Shown here piece after piece: positions 1-13,649 of a DNA stretch of 64,000 nucleotides. The first letter of the stretch is position 1, and every line of letters starts with the position of its first letter. A model generated the notes under the pieces. The model saw only the letters and a list, made by a program, of their open reading frames with translations. It had not been told where the DNA came from and ran no database searches. Source of the DNA: Eledone cirrhosa (lineage: Eukaryota); the NCBI GenBank assembly GCA_964016885.1, contig OZ024745.1, forward strand, positions 89,714,001 through 89,778,000, given 5' to 3'. The position numbers were made by a program, and so were the translations under genes.

Positions 1-2410
1 CCTTCATTTTTTTGTTCTTTATGCCATCAGCCTCCAGAACGCCCAAATACTTGTATCCTTCCTCAGAGTCAATTTCCTTTATCATCTCACCTGTTGGTAT
101 CTGGATCCCGTTACTTCTGCTCAACCTACCCCTCCTCATCACAATGACTCCACATTTACCAATACCAAACTGCATACATATATCACTGCTGAAAATACGG
201 ACAGTGTCAACAAGCACATCCAACTCCTTCTCACTTTTCCCGAAGAGCTTAAGATCGTCCATGAAGAGGAGGTGATTGATGGTAAGCTCTCCCCTTCCCA
301 ACTTGTATCCTGCTCTCACTTTTCGCAGCATAATGGTCAAGGGCATCAGGGCAAGGACAAACAACAGAGGGGACAGGCTATCTCCCTGGAAGGTACCTCT
401 CTTGATCTTCACGCTTCCCAAGGATACTCCAGTTGATGTCAACTCTGTCTCCCAGGACCCCATACTCCTGCCTAGCAACTGTCTGATGTTATCTGCCACC
501 CTGAAGATCTCCAGGCTTTTGGTGATCCAAGAATGAGGCACCATGTCAAATGCCTTTCTGTAGTCTATCCATCCCATGGCAAGATCAGTGTGTCTCCTCC
601 TGCAATTCCCCATTACCATCTTATCAATAAGTAACTGGTTCTTTGTACCACGTGACTTCTTTCGGCATCCTTTCTGTTCGTCCGGTAACAAGTTGTTTGT
701 GTGGAGGTGATGGTAGATTCCCTCAGACACAATGCTCGTCAACAGTTTCCACATTACGGACAGACATGTGATAGGTCTATAGTTGGTAACATCATTACCC
801 TTGATTCGGTCTTTCATTATCAGAACTGTGGTACCTTTTGTCAACCACTCTGGCACCTCACCCGACACCAAGCAGTCATTGAACATGGCCGTCAGCTTCG
901 GGTGGAGGGATGTTAAATGTTTAATCCAATACCCCTGCACACCATCTGGGCCTGGTGATTTCCAGTTGGTTAGTTTTTTGGCCTGCCCCTTAAGAGTTTC
1001 AACTGTGATACTCAAATCAGTTTGTTGTTGTGCCTGCTCACCGATCTCCCTCTGTACTGTCTCAATCCACCCTGCCTGGACATTATGTCTAACATCCTGC
1101 TCCCATATTCCTCTCCAGAATGTTTTAGTTTGCTCCGCCCCAGGGATCAAGTCGTTGCCTCTTTCTTTCCCCTCAAGCTGTCCAAACAGCATCTTCTGGT
1201 TGTTGTCGAACATGCGGTTCTGTTTATACTGACTGACTCTGTTCTCGTATCGCCTGATTTTTGCACTCTTTGCTACAATGCGTTGCTTCAGTTCCTCTAT
1301 GATAATATTTAGCTTTTTCCTCCTAGTTTTGTATTTTATTTCCAGTCTATTTTTAGTGCCTATGTTTTTTAGTGTCCCATTCAGTAGTGACTCAAGCTTT
1401 CCTATGTCATTTCTCATTTCCCCGATTTGCCCACTCAGTCGCTTCTTCTACCACGGCTCTGCTCTTTCTTGTCTGTTGTTTCCTCTCGCTTTTATACCAA
1501 GTAGTTTCCTCACCGTATTTGCTGTTGCTTTGAGGATATTGTTGCACTGGTGAAGGCTCCTCGCCTCAAGGTATGGGATGACTTTGTTTACCTTAGCTGT
1601 TGTTTCTTTTAACTTTTTCCTGTCTACAAATCTTAGGTTCATAGGTCTCCCACTATCATTGTTCAATTCATCTACCACTAAATTTAGGATGTCAACCGAA
1701 TCTTGTCCTAGCCCGTCAGCATTCATCTCCTCAGTGGCCGTATCTCTGTTCCAGGTATTATTTATCTCAGTATTCAGATCATTGTCTGCTTCGGGTGGTT
1801 CCTCCGTTCTCAGGACCTCTTCACCTTCATTTCCCACTGGCTCGCTTGTCTGGCATACTACACCCGCCATCTCCAAGCCATTCTCTCTGCTCAGTTCCTC
1901 CAGTTCCAGCTCGCTTATCCACCCATTAGTTCTTATTACACGAGCCTGCCCGGCCAATTTTTGTTCATCTAATTTAAATAAACCAATCTCGTTCCAGATG
2001 TTATGCATCCGTCTCCTGTAGCCCCTCTCCTTGGGGTTACTTTTCAGGTAACATTGCATAACAGTTCTATTCAATTCTTTCGTCCAGTTGGTTCTGGCCC
2101 CTTTCCTTCTTCTCCTTCCTCCAACATCAGCAGTATTTGGTTGACAGTCAGGTTCCTGCTGCTGAGCCAGGGGGCACCTGTTGGGTGAGAGTCTGTCACA
2201 TGACGTTCTAGTCTCCATTTCACCGTTATTCGAACTGTTTATGTTCGATATTTAAACACTCTTATTGAGGATTGGCGAATGTATGGTTACATAGCCATCT
2301 GTGGATCCGCCATTCCACTTGGCCCTTGTGTGGCATTATCACCACGCTGTATACGAACACACATAAACAAACACACAGGCAGAAAGGGCCCCAAAAATGA
2401 ATAAGCATAA
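1..2410 (-). mobile_element. R4/Dong-type RLE non-LTR retrotransposon, copy 1 (5'-truncated; 3' part runs off the window start)
   Basis: About 99% identical by eye to 3692-6100 (offset 3691). Encodes the same N-terminal domain and RT, with an in-frame TAG at 1448-1450. Confidence 0.9.
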
Positions 2411-2442
2411 TAATAATAATTATTATTATTATTGTTGTTATT
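2408..2442. repeat. Palindromic (TAA)n/(TTA)n junction: 3' tail of copy 2 abutting the truncated 5' end of copy 1
   Basis: ataataataataattattattattattgttgttatt. Confidence 0.8.
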
Positions 2443-5400
2443 CCTTGAATCTCAGTCATTGATGTTGGTTAACTGGAAAGTCCGTTGGATTGAATATCAA
2501 GCCACTACCTGCAGCCTCAGATATTCAGGACGTATCGGAGGGTTCTTGCTGTTCCAAGCAAGCATGCCTTTTGAAGCGTTCCAAAAAGCGTGAAGGGGCC
2601 GATTTTCTTTAACCATCCCTGGAAACCTTTGGAGATAGTCCCCAGTGCGCCTATGACAATCGGGATCACTTTGACTTCATGGCAGTTCCAAATCCTTTTC
2701 ACCTCCCACTTTAGGTCCTGGTATCGGTTAGTTTTCTCCCTCTCCTTCTCTTGCACTCTCGTGTCGAACGGGCAGGCCACATCCACAATCAGACACGATC
2801 TTTTTTCTTTGTCCACAACCACCAGGTCAGGTCTATTGTGTTCCAGTTTTTTGTCCGTCTGTATCCTAAAATCCCACAGCACCTTCACCTGATTGTTCTC
2901 CATCACCGCCTCTGGCCTATGCTCATACCATTTCTCAGAATGTGGTAAATTGTTTACTTTGCACAGGTGCCAGTGGATCACCCTGCCCATCACATCGTGT
3001 CTCCAGCCCTTATAGTGGGTCTGGGCTAGGTGTTTACACTCGGACACAATGTGAGCCACAGTCTCCTCTCTCTCTCCACAGATCCTGCACAGTGGGCTAG
3101 CCTCCTCCTTGTAGATATGGTGCTTCAACCACTTCGTTTTGAGGGCCTGCTCCTGCGCAGCCATTAGCATTCCTTCTGTAGCCTTTTTGAGGTCTCCTCT
3201 TCTCAACCAGTTCCATGTCTGTGGATCTCTAAATTCAGTTTTCTCAAAGAAGGTACTATGAAGGGATTTTCCCTTAAGGCTGCTCTTCCTCCTTGATGTT
3301 ATTTCCTCCTTGGACATCCCCTGGCCTACTGTCCCCTCCTTCAGTACAGTTCTGAGCATTGGCTCCTTACTATAGGTCACGTATTTGTATAGGTTGTTTT
3401 TCTCCATCTGAACACAGTCCTCTATGCTGATAAGACCTCTTCCACCCTCAGATCTCCTTAGGTAGAGTCTATCGGCATCACTCCTCTTGTGGAACATGTT
3501 GTAGATAGTCAATAGCTTCCTAGTCTTCCTATCCATTTCTTTATGTTCAGCAACATTCCATCTCAGAATTCCCGCACTGTACCTAATAATAGACACAGCT
3601 CGGGAATTTACTGCGCTTATGGCATTTCTGCTGTTCAGATGTGACTTCAATACGCTCCTTACTCTCCGAATGTATTCAGTTCTTAACAATTCCTTCATTT
3701 TTTTGTTCTTTATGCCATCAGCCTCCAGAACGCCCAAATACTTGTATCCTTCCTCAGAGTCAATTTCCTTTATCATCTCACCTGATGGTATCTGGATCCC
3801 GTTACTTCTGCTCAACCTACTCCTCTTCATCACAATGACTCCACATTTACCAATACCAAACTGCATACATATATCACTGCTGAAAATACGGACAGTGTCA
3901 ACAAGCACATCCAACTCCTTCTCACTTTTCCTGAAGAGCTTAAGATCGTCCATGAAGAGGAGGTGATTGATGGTAAGCTCTCCCCTTCCCAACTTGTATC
4001 CTGCTCTCACTTTTCGCAGCATAATGGTCAAGGGCATCAGGGCAAGGACAAACAACAGAGGGGACAGGCTATCTCCCTGGAAGATACCTCTCTTGATCTT
4101 CACGCTTCCCAAGGATACTCCAGTTGATGTCAACTCTGTCTCCCAGGACCCCATACTCCTGCCTAGCAACTGTCTGATGTTATCTGCCACCCTGAAGATC
4201 TCCAGGCTTTTGGTGATCCAGGAATGAGGCACCATGTCAAATGCCTTTCTGTAGTCTATCCATTCCATGGCAAGATCAGTGTGTCTCCTCCTGCAATTCC
4301 CCATTACCATCTTATCAATAAGTAACTGGTCCTTTGTACCACGTGACTTCTTTCGGCATCCTTTCTGTTCGTCCGGTAACAAGTTGTTTGTGTGGAGGTG
4401 ATGGTAGATTTCCTCAGACACAATGCTCGTCAACAGTTTCCACATTACGGACAGACATGTGATAGGTCTATAGTTGGTAACACCATTACCCTTGATTCGG
4501 TCTTTCATTATCAGAACTGTGGTACCTTTTGTCAACCACTCTGGCACCTCACCCGACACCAAGCAGTCATTGAACATGGCCGTCAGCTTCGGGTGGAGGG
4601 ATGTTAAATGTTCAATCCAATACCTCTGCACACCATCTGGGCCTGGTGATTTCCAGTTGGTTAGTTTTTTGGCCTGCCCCTTAAGAGTTTCAACTGTGAT
4701 ACTCAAATCAGTTTGTTGTTGTGCCTGCTCACCGATCTCCCTCTGTACTGTCTCAATCCACCCTGCCTGGGCATTGTGTCTAACATTCTGCTCCCATATT
4801 CCTCTACAGAATGTTTTAGTTTGCTCCGCCCCAGGGATCAAGTCGTTGCCTCTTTCTTTCCCCTCAAGCTGTCCAAACAGCATCTTCTGGTTGTTGTCGA
4901 ACATGCGGTTCTGTTTATACTGACTGACTCTGTTCTCGTATCGCCTGATTTTTGCACTCTTTGCTACAATGCGTTGCTTCAGTTCCTCTATGATAATATT
5001 TAGCTTTTTCCTCCTAGTTTTGTATTTTATTTCCAGTCTATTTTTAGTGCCTATGTTTTTTAGTGTCCCATTCAGTAGTGACTCAAGCTTTCCTATGTCA
5101 TTTCTCATTTCCCCGATTTGCCCACTCAGTCGCTTCTTCTACCACGGCTCTGCTCTTTCTTGTCTGTTGTTTCCTCTCGCTTTTATACCAAGTAGTTTCC
5201 TCACCGTATTTGCTGTTGCTTTGAGGATATTGTTGCACTGGTGAAGGCTCCTCGCCTCAAGGTATGGGATGACTTTGTTTACCTTAGCTGTTGTTTCTTT
5301 TAACTTTTTCCTGTCTACAAATCTTAGGTTCATAGGTCTCCCACTATCATTGTTCAATTCATCTACCACTAAATTTAGGATGTCAACCGAATCTTGTCCT

Positions 5401-6962
5401 AGCCCGTCAGCATTCATCTCCTCAGTGGCCGTATCTCTGTTCCAGGTATTATTTATCTCAGTATTCAGATCATTGTCTGCTTCGGGTGGTTCCTCCGTTC
5501 TCAGGACCTCTTCACCTTCATTTCCCACTGGCTCGCTTGTCTGGCATACTACACCCGCCATCTCCAAGCCATTCTCTCTGCTCAGTTCCTCCAGTTCCAG
5601 CTCGCTTATCCATCCATTAGTTCTTATTACCCGAGCCTGCCCGGCCAATTTTTGTTCATCTAATTTAAATAAACCAATCTCGTTCCAGATGTTATGCATC
5701 CGTCTCCTGTAGCCCCTCTCCTTGGGGTTACTTTTCAGGTAACATTGCATAACAGTTCTATTCAATTCTTTCGTCCAGTTGGTTCTGGCCCCTTTTCTTC
5801 TTCTCCTTCCTCCAACATCAGCAGTATTTGGTTGACAGTCAGGTTCCTGCTGCTGAGCCAGAGGGCACCTGTTGGGTGAGAGTCTGTCACATGACGTTCT
5901 AGTCTCCATTTCACCGTTATTCGAACTGTTTATGTTCGATATTTAAACACTCTTATCGAGGATTGGCGAATGTATGGTTACATAGCCATCTGTGGATCCG
6001 CCATTCCACTTGGCCCTTGTGTGGCATTATCACCACGCTGTATACGAACACACATAAACAAACAAACACACAGGCAGAAAGGGCCCCAAAAATGAATAAT
6101 CATAAGTTTCATTGTAATGTAGTGTTCGAATATCTGACTTAGTTTTTGTTTTTTAAGTTTTAGTTTTCCCCCCCCCTCTTCTCTGTCCGTCCGCCTGCTT
6201 CTCTCTTCATTCTTATTTTCTTTACGTTTTGGGGTTTTTTTTTTTTTTTTTTTTTTTGTTTTTGTTTTTCTCTGTTTTTCTCGTTTTTTGCTGTTGTTGC
6301 TGTCCTGCTTTGGTTTTGTTGTTTGTTTTTTCTTTTTTCTTTTGAGTCTATCTATATATTTTGATGCCTTCCTCTTTTTTAGCAGTAGGGATTCTATAAT
6401 GTGGTGGCAGCAGCCAGCCGGGAGAGTGGGAGACTGGCGGCGGTAGCGATACTGAGACAGTGGTGGTGGTGATGTCTATACCGAGGCAGTGGTGGCGGTG
6501 ATGTGACCGTATTACTGTAGTGATGGTGCTGTAGCGGTGGTAGCAGTGAAGGAGTGAAGGGGTGGTGGCGGCGGTGATGGGATAATGGTTGTAATGATGG
6601 CCGTAGTGAGCGGTGGTGGTTTAGTGTACACAGGTGATGGGGTGGGTGATGTATCTAGTTTCTGGTGTTGGTGAGTTTGGCTGTTCTATATAGTGTAGAC
6701 AGAGGAGGAGGGGGGGGGTTCTTCTTCCATTTATAGCCATTTTCTTTTTTGGATATACAGTGTACAATACAAAGTTGAATATTTGAATATTTGAGCCTTA
6801 TAACAATATATTTTGGGTCCGAATTTTTTGCGGCTCAAGCCGAGTGCTTTACGTAGCATTTGTACTAGGAGTTGTTATTTCACAAATGATTTAAATATGT
6901 TAAAAATTCAAAACTTACGGGAGCGATTTCATGACCTCCGTCACCTCGTGCGTCTTCTTCCC
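2421..6962 (-). mobile_element. R4/Dong-type RLE non-LTR retrotransposon, copy 2, full length (~4.5 kb)
   Basis: 5' end GGGAAGAAGA directly follows (TAA)32 on the minus strand. Then a ~1 kb simple-repeat-rich 5' UTR, a single ORF, a ~75 nt 3' UTR and an (AAT)n tail. Confidence 0.9.
2517..5909 (-). pseudogene. Single ORF (~1130 codons): N-terminal Myb-like domain + RT + CCHC + restriction-like endonuclease, split by one in-frame TAG
   Basis: Motifs RTNWTKELN..CY..S.P..RGYRRRM, KSPGPDG, NYRPITCL, QKGC, WIDYRKAFD, GIFQGDSLSP, HLLFMDD, CRICG..EETVAHIVSEC, RHD, PDLVVVD..DVACP. ORFs 5139-5909 and 2517-5108 are in the same frame. Confidence 0.92.

Positions 6963-7058
<96 letters not shown>
6963..7058. 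repeat. (TAT)32 microsatellite, target/5' flank of Dong copy 2
   Basis: Pure trinucleotide run. Confidence 0.95.
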
Positions 7059-7059
<1 letters not shown>

Positions 7060-7247
7060 TACTGCCATGGTTGACGGAGACGGTAAAGGTATAGTAAATT
7101 TTGACCGCTATAACAATTGTAAATTGTTTAAAACTTTAACCAAATTGTAGACAAAAACACCCTCCTCCTCGTGAGAGGGGTCTTTCTGTCCGTTATTTGG
7201 CCCTTCGGGGATAAATAGTCGCTTATTTATTTTAAACCCCCAAAAAC

Positions 7248-9353
7248 ATGGCTACAAAAAAGAATTTTCACAAGTCACTCCCACTCATTCCGTGTTCTTC
7301 TTCCTCAATCGTCACTTCACCAGAGAGAAGATTATCTCTCTCATTCCCTTCTCTAAATGTATCTCTCTCTCTCCCTTCTCTTTCGCAAGCGACGCCAGTA
7401 AAGAAAAAGAAAAGTATAGTTTCTGATAGTTTCCAAGATCACGTGCAAAACGTGGAACATTTCTCCACGACGACAACTACGAAAAATGTATGCGGTAAAT
7501 ACGGAAAGCCATTTCATGCGTCTGACGTCATGAATAATAGCAGTAGCAGCCGTAATATCAGCAGCAGCAGAAACAGTGACAAGGAAAACAACAGTAGCAG
7601 CCGCAACAGCATCAGCAGCATCATAAACAACAACAGAATTAGCAGCAATAGCAACAACAACAGCAGCAACAGCAACAACAACAACAACCATAGCAACAGC
7701 GGCGGCAGCTCTGACGACGACAACAACAATAACAACAAAGAAAAACCAATCTCGTTTGCAGGTATCGCAAAAACCTGGAAACCATCCTCATAACAAATGA
7801 GGAATTACAGGAAGCAAAGAAGATGGTGACGAAAACTAGACAGCGAACAATCTGCAAGGCAGCCGAAACATTTTCGAAACCCAACAGCACTGTACGGTCA
7901 CGTAGCGTACAGTAAGTACAAAATCCCGTAGGGTTGAAAGCGCCACAGAGGCTCAAATACAAGAAGCCTTAGGGTCTGTGTGGCAGCGGAAAACGCATAT
8001 CACCCGAGGCAAGAAATATGCCACCGTGGACGTGCTTTTTGCCACACCCCAGGAGGCAAAGGCTCAATCCTTAGTGACCATAAGGAGCAAGGAAATGGTG
8101 TTGGTGCCCTCCTACTGTGGACAAAAAATTGTGAGGGTCAAATTGACCCCCCCCCCTCCGGGATGGCCCCTTCTTGGCTGGCCGTGTCTGTCCTCGTCGG
8201 AATCGAGGACAAAACAACTGTACTGCAAGTACAAAAAAGTACGAGAGGATTGGGTCGGCACCTCCATTGAGATGTTAATTTAAACCAACCAGGAGTGCAT
8301 CGAAGCTATCCCGGATGTGATAGACTTCGATAACGGCACTCAACTGCCCATAAGTGTTGAGGGCAAACGCCCGAAATGCTTTCGCTGTGGATCGAAGACT
8401 CACCTCAGGGCCTTCTGCAATGAGAAGACCCAGAGAAAGGAGAAAACCCCCCTCCTTCCGAAACCGGCTCCACTGCTACCAGCAACAGGACAGATGGCAA
8501 CCAGGAAGGATAGGTCCGTGGCACCCATACCCACGCCACGGAAATCAAGAACAGCAACAGCAGTGGAAGTATTAACAACAACAGTAATACCAACTGCAGC
8601 TGCAACAGAGACTCCAATGCAAACATCACCAACAGGAACAAGTGAAAGAGTGGAGCTGGTACCCCTCCCGACCTCACAGAATAGGACATGGAGTGTGAGG
8701 TGGGAGTGGGGTAGCAAAATGTCGCAAGGAGGCACAAACGCAAAAGCACCGCATCGTCGCCTTCGAAAAGGGAGGAAAGAAACGAAAAAAGGGTAAAGTC
8801 TACTGCAAAAAGACTTACAGCAGCAACACCACCAACACCATCACCACCCACTCTACCACCACCATGACCACCGGCAGCAACCCCACCGCCAACAACAACA
8901 CCTTCAACACCACAACCACAAGCACCAAAATCGCAAACACAACAAAACACACACACCCAGCAACAACGGCAAGAAAATAGCAGAACCACACCCCACCCCC
9001 AGAAAAACAAATGCACAGCAATAAATACACACAATAAGAAACTAATGACTTACATAATTGAACACACAGACATTTCACAGTACGACTACATAATACCAGC
9101 ACCAATCAAAACACCAACGAACATAAGACTGGTAAGAATAGCACAGAAACAATACGCAAACATTAAAACGAAATTCCCCAACGCGGTTGGTGATTTCAGA
9201 GACCTAGGAGGGACACTCAACCGGAGGGTATATTCAGATATACTCACAGAAGAGCCGACGACCAGCCGAAGGGACGATTCAACGGTCCCTTCACCAGACG
9301 ATCAAGTGAAAAGGGATGGAGAAACCATCCTTCCTCTGCGAGAAGAAAGGTAA
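7248..9353 (+). pseudogene. Tx1/L1 ORF1 (gag-like), frameshifted
   Basis: SFAGIAK motif, RRM-like ATVDVLFATPQEA segment, CCHC knuckle CFRCGSKTHLRAFC (8317 ORF) and low-complexity S/N and P/T tracts. Spread over several frames. Confidence 0.7.
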
Positions 9354-9387
9354 GTGGCCTTTCCCATCTTTTCCTCTCCATTTCTAC

Positions 9388-10938
9388 ATGACCTCACTCA
9401 GAATAGGCAGCATAAATGCGCGTGGCTTGGAGTCGTCATGGAAGCAGGGCCACCTGCTCAACGACCTCAGGTCACTAAACATAGATGTAGTGGCCATCAG
9501 CGAGACCAGAATCTCCGAAGCACGGGCCTTCGCACCGATCTTCGGCGGCTACGATGTGTAGGCATCTCCCAGCCGTCCTGGATCGGCGGGGGGAGTTGCT
9601 GTGCTTTTTCGGAGAGGTTTGGATCTCGCCATACGGGTCATCTTCCTAGACCCAGAAGGTAAGTTTGTCGTGCTGGACGTGACCAGCGGAGACAGGCAAG
9701 CTTTCAGGCTAGTGGCCGTCTATGCCCCGACAGGAGCAGGGCGGCCTGATTTCTTCCGGCGTCTGGAGACCTTTCTTGGAACGTCCCGCTCTTTAGTGTT
9801 AGTGGGCGACTGGAACGGGATCTTAGATGCACGCTGGGACTGTGTGGGATTAGCGGATAGGGGTGGAGGGTGCAAGAGCCTCACCAACCTGCTCAGGCGT
9901 TTTGAACTGTCTGACAGGTACCGATTGGATTTCCTGAATGTGCCAATGTGGACTTGGACAAATCGCATAGGGTCATCCAGATCATATTTAGATAGAGTAT
10001 TTTGTAGGGAAATAGATAGGTCTAGCATAGGCTGTCCACAATTCAAGATAGTCAGCTACACGGACCACAAATTCGTGATCTGTGTGCTTGATTTAGATAG
10101 GCTTCATAGACGAGGACCCGGCTACTGGAAGCTAAACGCGTCCTTACCAGCGCGCAAGGCCTACAGAGACCGGATTAGTGAACTAGATAAGCGGGCGTTG
10201 ACGAGGGCCATCGTCAACAACAAGTGGTGGTTTGCTCTGAAAAGAGCGATTAGAATAGAATCCATTAGGTTTAGTAAGGTTTTAGCAATAGAGAAAGATA
10301 GAGCAGAGGGATAACTAGTTAGAAAATTAGACGCGGCGCTTAGCAAAGGCATCCCGACCGATGTGCTTGCGGCGAAATTGGCCCTTGACCAATTCTTCAA
10401 TGCAAAGCACGAAGGCTGCGTTGTCAGAGCTAGGGTGCGTGCTCTCAGACACGTGGGGACGAAAGCCGTTCAATGGGCTCGAGTGGCGGAGGCGCGTCAT
10501 GGCAACAAAGCCACGATCCGGTCTTTGGTGGACCACGACGTGAGCATGCTACTCGATCCCGGGCAAATGTGTGAAGCTTTTCAGCGACACTTCGCTCAGC
10601 TGTTCGGGGGCAGCGGTGGGCCGGGTCGAGGGATGGACTTTAGTGTCTACCTCGACGGACTGCTGCGGGTCTCCGCCACTGAGGCGGAGTGTTGCAAAAA
10701 GTCGATAACAGTCGCTGAAGTACGGGAGGCGCTGAATGACTGGCTGCACAAGGGGTAAATCGCCTGGTTTGGATGGTCTGCCCTATGAACTTTACGTACA
10801 GATGCCAGACTTGTTCGGAGGCCTCTTGGCGGACGTCTACTGCAACTGGCAACAGAACGGGAGAATTCCCAGCTCTGTGAGCCGAGGAGCGGTGGCACTG
10901 CTGAGAAAGGATCCGAACAAGGGGGATAACATAGATTC
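9388..10938 (+). pseudogene. Tx1/L1 ORF2: APE endonuclease and RT N-terminus
   Basis: MTSLRIGSINARGL, ISETR, VYAP, VGDWN, SYLDRV, TDHK, GYWKLN, KSPGLDGLPYELY. Stops at 9559-9561 and 10312-10314, frameshift near 10752. Confidence 0.88.
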
Positions 10939-13462
10939 TTTCCCTTCAAGCTGTCCAAACATCATCTTCTGGTTGTTGTCGAACATGCGGTTCTGTCTAT
11001 ACTGACTGACTCTGTTCTCGTATCGCCTGATTTTTGCACTCTTTGCTACAATGCGTTGCTTCAGTTCCTCTATGATAATATTTAGCTTTTTCCTCCTAGT
11101 TTTGTACTTTATTTCCAGTCTATTTTTAGTGTCTATGTTTTTTAGTGTCCCATTCAGTAGGGACTCAAGCTTTCCAATGTCATTTCTCATTTCCCTGATT
11201 TGACCACTCAGTCGTTTCTTCCACCAAGGCTCTGCTCTTTCTTGTCTGTTGTTTCCTCTCGCTTTTATACCAAGTAGTTTCCTCACCGTATTTGCTGTTG
11301 CTTTGAGGATGTTGTTGCACTGGTGAAGGCTCCTCGCCTCAAGGTATGGGATGACTTTGTTTACCTTAGCTGTTGTTTCTTTTAACTTTTTCCTGTCTAC
11401 AAATCTTAGGTTCATAGGTCTCCCACTATCATTGTTCAATTCATCTACCACTAAGTTTAGGATATCAACCAAATCTTGTCCTAGCCCGTCAGCATTCATC
11501 TCCTCAGTGGCCGTATCTCTGTTCCAGGTATTATTTATCTCAGCACTCAGATCATTGTCTGCTTCGGGGGGTTCCCCCGTTCTCTCGACCTCTTCACCTT
11601 CATTTCCCACTGGCTCGTTTGCCTGGCATACTCCACTCTCCATTTCCAACCTAATCTCTCTGCTCAGATCCTCCAGTTCCAGCTCGCTTATCCACCCATT
11701 AGTTCTTATTACCCGAGCCTGTCCGGCCAATTTTTGTTCATCTAATTTAAATAGACCAATCTCGTTCCAGATGTTATGCATCCGTTTCCTATAACCTTTC
11801 TCCTTGGGGTTACTCTTCAGGTAACATTGCATAACAGTTCTATTCAATTCTTTCGTCCAGTTGGTTCTGGTCCCTTTCCTTCTTCTTCCTCCGACACCAG
11901 CAGTATTTGGTTGACAGCCAAGTCCCTGCTGCTGAGCCAGGGAGCACCTGCTGGGTGAGAGTTTGTCACATGACATTCTAGTCTCCACTTCACCGTTATT
12001 CGAACTGTTTAGGTTCGACATTTAAACACTCTTATCGAGGATTGGCGAATGTATGGTTACATAACCACCGGTGATTTCATCACATCCGGTGATTTCGTCA
12101 CGCCACGTGATTTTTGTGTGGCATTATCACGCTGTAGACGAACATAAATAAACAAACAAACAAACACGCAAAAAACCCCCCCCAAAAATGAATAAGCATA
12201 AGTTTCATTGTAATGTAATGTTTGAATGTCTGACTTAGTTTTCCCTTTCCCTTTTCTGTCCGTCTGTTTGTTTTTCTCTTCATTTTTCTTTTCTTTACGT
12301 TTTCGTTGTTGCTGTGCTGCTTTGATTTTGATTTTTGTTTTTTTGATTTTGACTGGGTCATCAATTCAGTCTATTGATATATTTTGATGCCTTCCTTTTT
12401 CAGTGGGGGCACTACGATGTAGCAGGGGGTAGCGGGAGAGAACAGCGGCGGTAGTGATAATGAGGCAGTGGTGGTGGCGATGCTGTGCTAGCAGCAACTA
12501 GCAGGAGGTAGTGGGAGAGAATAGCGGCGTTAGCGATAATGACGCAGTGGTGGTGGTGATGTGATCGTAGTCCTGTAGTGATGGTGTTGAAGTTGGAGTA
12601 GAAATAGCGGTTGAGTCGACTTGACCAGAGTTTTCATCGTGGTAGTGGTGGTGGTGTTGGTGGTGAAATTATCTTTAGTTATTTAGTCATTTTGTCATTT
12701 TTCTCCTTTTTGACTCTAACATTCCTGATCCAAAATTAAATATTAATCTTGTTTATTAATATTGTCTAGTGATACCGCCACCTTCCCCTTTCGTAAGTTA
12801 ACAGAAGGTAATGGGGGGATAGCGGTGGTAGCAATGAAGGAGTAGTGGCGGCGGTGATGGGATAGTGGTAGTAATGATGGATGGGTGGCGGCGGCGGTGA
12901 CTGTAGTGATGGCGTTGTCGTTACTGAGTTTTGTTGAATAGACTGTATTTTTGCTTGATCGGTGAATCTATGGGGTTAGTCGCGTATATGTGTTGACATA
13001 TTCCCTTAATATTGGAATTAAACATTTTGTTAAAACTTGAGACAATAATAATAGTAATTATTATTATTATGCTGAGATTGGTGGTGGTGGTGGTGGTGAA
13101 ATTGCCGTTATCTGGCTGTTGTATTTAGTGTACACAGAGGGGTACAGGGGTAGGTGGCGTATCTAGTTTCTGGTGTTGGTGAAATTGCTGTTATTTGGCT
13201 GTTCTATATAGTGTAGACAGAGGGGTTTTCTTCCATTTATAACCATTTTCTTTTTTGAATATAAAATGTATAATACAAAATTGAATATTTGAGCGATATA
13301 ACAATATATTATGGATCCGAATTTTTTCTGAGACTTAAGCGGATGCTTTATGTATCATTTGTACTAAGAATTGTTATTTCACAATTGATTTAAATATGTT
13401 AAAAATCAAAACTTACGGGGGCGATTTCACGACCTTCTATCCACCATGTGCATCTTCTTCCC
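10935..13462 (-). mobile_element. R4/Dong-type element, copy 3 (diverged subfamily, intact 5' end, 3'-deleted before RT)
   Basis: Same GGGAAGAAGA 5' end after (TAA)n. ORF from ATG at 12021 reads through EPWWKKR, with TGG where copies 1 and 2 have TAG. Longer 5' UTR. Confidence 0.88.
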
Positions 13463-13532
<70 letters not shown>

Positions 13533-13543
13533 ATTATTATTAT

Positions 13544-13603
<60 letters not shown>
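13463..13603. repeat. (TAT)n + (TA)n compound microsatellite
   Basis: Direct reading. Confidence 0.95.
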
Positions 13604-13605
<2 letters not shown>

Positions 13606-13649
13606 GTGGAAAAGTAAGAAAAAACGGAGAATAGACCGTTAAAACATGT

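Larger units (their letters stand above)
7059..10938 (+). mobile_element. L1/Tx1-clade LINE, 3'-truncated early in RT
   Basis: Two-ORF layout: ORF1 with a zinc knuckle, then an ORF2 APE endonuclease and the start of RT. The 5' boundary is approximate. Confidence 0.85.

Noticed and set aside
12-5879. Numerous plus-strand ORFs
   Set aside because: Antisense shadows of the Dong ORF, with no independent motifs.
6860-6962. HDV-like ribozyme at the Dong 5' end
   Set aside because: The end is conserved between copies, but I could not build the nested double pseudoknot by eye.
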